NCBI GenBank assembly: GCA_023410875.1
Contig: JAEYPH010000062.1
Coordinates: 14,184-78,183 of the forward strand
Direction: 5' to 3'
Length of the DNA stretch: 64,000 bases
DNA from: Bacillota bacterium
Lineage (GTDB): Bacteria > Bacillota > Clostridia > Christensenellales > UMGS416
Shown: piece after piece, positions 63,625 to 64,000 of the stretch
Numbering within the stretch: position 1 is the first letter of the stretch
Layout of the letters: the number at the start of each line of letters is the position of its first letter
Notes under the pieces: generated by a model
The model's database searches: none
Seen by the model: the letters and a program-made list of their open reading frames with translations, nothing else
What the model was told of the DNA's origin: nothing
Translations under genes and position numbers: made by a program

Positions 63625-64000
63625 ATGAACGCTGTCGCAAAGACGATAAAGGTTCTGTCGCTCCTCGTCGCGGCACTGCTGGTCGCTTCTATGACCGGCT
63701 GCCAGTACATCCTGCCCAAAGAGGAGAAGCTGCAGGCGCCTCCGCTGGTGGAGCCCAGGGACGTCACCTACTCCACGGTGGAAGTCAAGAAAGGCAGCAT
63801 CGTGGACGCCGTGGCCGGCACGGGCAAGTTCCAGTCGGTCTATCGCGAGGATGTCTATTACACCGCCGGCGGCGGCCGCATCAAAAAGATCAACGTCAAG
63901 ATCGGCGACATGGTCAAGAAGGGCGACGTGCTCATGGAGCTGACCAACGACGATCTGGCCATGAATCTGAAGATCGCCGAGCTGCGCATGGAGCAGCAGA
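63625..64000 (+). CDS. efflux transporter periplasmic adaptor (HlyD/MacA-like) lipoprotein, 3' end outside the window
   Basis: Lipobox LVASMTGC. Biotinyl/lipoyl-like hairpin GGRIKKINVKIGDMVKKGDVLMEL. Truncated by the window edge. Confidence 0.7.
   Translation, partial: MNAVAKTIKVLSLLVAALLVASMTGCQYILPKEEKLQAPPLVEPRDVTYSTVEVKKGSIVDAVAGTGKFQSVYREDVYYTAGGGRIKKINVKIGDMVKKGDVLMELTNDDLAMNLKIAELRMEQQ

Overview
Gene-dense, high-GC chromosomal segment. Hand-counted lines give about 65-75% GC in core genes, against 32-40% in three AT-rich islets. It most likely comes from a spore-forming Clostridia genome (Oscillospiraceae/Ruminococcaceae-like); this is an inference from dpaAB, the aspS-gatCAB operon, a T-box-controlled tyrS and Firmicute-style RBS and terminators. 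Core content: aspS-gatC-[methyltransferase]-gatA-gatB, tRNA-Thr(GGU), tyrS with a Tyr T-box leader, dpaA-dpaB-dapG, trmL, GH127 and GH29 glycosidases, sfsA, and many transporters. The transporters include two YtrA/GntR-ABC modules, a heterodimeric ABC exporter pair, and MFS, AEC and LysE carriers. Accessory or odd content: a Y-family polymerase/YolD pair at the left edge, a decayed second tRNA-Thr copy, AT-rich orphan genes, tandem RimK-like ATP-grasp ligases beside a TipA-class MerR, tandem EAL-HDOD paralogs, and an SPT-like alpha-oxoamine synthase beside an SDR. I saw no CRISPR array, integrase, transposase, reverse transcriptase, restriction-modification or recognisable defence genes. The two observations I rank highest follow. 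(1) A roughly 165-nt structured element occurs twice (24567-24732 and 27425-27594). It has a 45-nt identical core on a long stem whose arms differ between copies but remain complementary, and the two copies bracket a four-gene cassette. (2) A translationally chained seven-gene envelope module (50712-57367) lies behind a two-component system. It combines a BcrAB-like ABC, an ABC nucleotide-binding domain with every catalytic motif degenerate, a CARDB-like surface protein, an FtsX/MacB-type permease and an alanine-racemase-fold protein. All calls were made by eye from the sequence and ORF track; no searches or folding programs were run.
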